From NCBI GenBank assembly GCA_049967415.1, contig JBMFSS010000005.1, forward strand, positions 6,044-70,043: a stretch of DNA of 64,000 nucleotides. Reading direction: 5' to 3'. Below the pieces are notes generated by a model. That model searched no databases. It was not told the DNA's origin and worked only from the letters and a program-made list of their open reading frames with translations. This document shows positions 63,635 to 64,000 of this stretch, one piece after another. This stretch comes from Candidatus Limnocylindrales bacterium. GTDB taxonomy: Bacteria > Chloroflexota > Limnocylindria > Limnocylindrales > CSP1-4. The position numbers were made by a program, and so were the translations under genes. Each line of letters begins with the position of its first letter. Positions within the stretch are counted from its first letter, which is position 1.

Positions 63635-63988
63635 TCAGATGAGCTCGATCTGGACGATGGGCGCGGCATCGCCGGCGCGCTGGCCGAGCCGGACGATGCG
63701 CGTGAAACCCGAGGTCCGATCGACGTACTTCGGCGCGATCTCGTTGAAGAGCTTGTCGATCACCAAGGGCTCGTCCGGCAGCTGCGCGACCACGCGCCGC
63801 CGGGCATCCAGCGAGCCGTTGCGGGCCAGCGAGATGACGCGGTCCACCTGCCCCTGGATCTCCTTGGCCTTGGCCTCAGTGGTACGAACCTGTTCGTAGC
63901 GCAGGATCGACACGATGAGATTGCGGTACAGCGCCAGGCGCGGCCCCTGCTTCCGTCCGAGCTTCCGGCCGTCAATGCGGTGTGCCAA
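63635..63988 (-). CDS. rplQ: 50S ribosomal protein L17 (TTG start)
   Basis: 'GRKLGR', 'TTEAKAKE', 'GFTRI..G.R.GDAA'. Confidence 0.97.
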   Translation of the reverse strand: MAHRIDGRKLGRKQGPRLALYRNLIVSILRYEQVRTTEAKAKEIQGQVDRVISLARNGSLDARRRVVAQLPDEPLVIDKLFNEIAPKYVDRTSGFTRIVRLGQRAGDAAPIVQIELI

Positions 63989-64000
63989 CGGTCAGGCCTC

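Noticed and set aside
63992-64000. Probable 3' end of rpoA (GAG GCC TGA on the minus strand) upstream of rplQ
   Set aside because: Only two codons and a stop are visible; supported by expected synteny alone
1-64000. tRNA, rRNA, IS/transposase or defence-system genes
   Set aside because: No cloverleaf/TpsiC signatures, rRNA-like segments, DDE/HUH transposase motifs or recognisable defence domains were seen by eye; a covariance-model scan was not possible

Overview
Very GC-rich bacterial chromosomal window of mostly housekeeping genes. Gene content and order suggest a monoderm Chloroflexota, possibly Limnocylindria-like; this taxonomy is inference. From left to right: an acyl-CoA synthetase 3' end, a secreted GH18 hydrolase, pip, an OatA-like O-acyltransferase, NUDIX, HAD and a class V PLP enzyme. 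Next is a translationally coupled tetrapyrrole operon (BldC/MerR-like regulator-hemA-hemC-hemD-hemB-hemL-hemE), then MFS, nitroreductase, LLM oxidoreductase, tdk and a saccharopine dehydrogenase-like gene. A 1.5-kb repeat-rich non-coding region follows, then a Na+/H+ antiporter, EamA, ppdK, S9 peptidase, a galT remnant with galK, fpr-nfnAB, glyQS-recO and a polyprenyl synthase. The right part is a long minus-strand run: rplQ-truA-rplM-rpsI, TPR, cdaA-cdaR-glmM-glmS-acpS-nnrD-alr-macro domain-hypothetical, GlmL-like protein plus partner, tsaE-tsaB-rimI-tsaD-rsmA-ispE-ridA, glmU-tlyC. No rRNA, tRNA, CRISPR array or transposase was seen. The best candidates for undescribed biology are (1) a BldC-like HTH fused to a putative globin-like sensor domain that heads the heme operon and has 10-bp phased direct repeats over its own promoter, and (2) an orphan, motif-degenerate GlmL-like ASKHA protein with an uncharacterised partner at the head of the tsaEBD operon. 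Leaderless promoter architecture is pervasive. Start codons were refined by eye from overlaps, SD motifs and -10 boxes.
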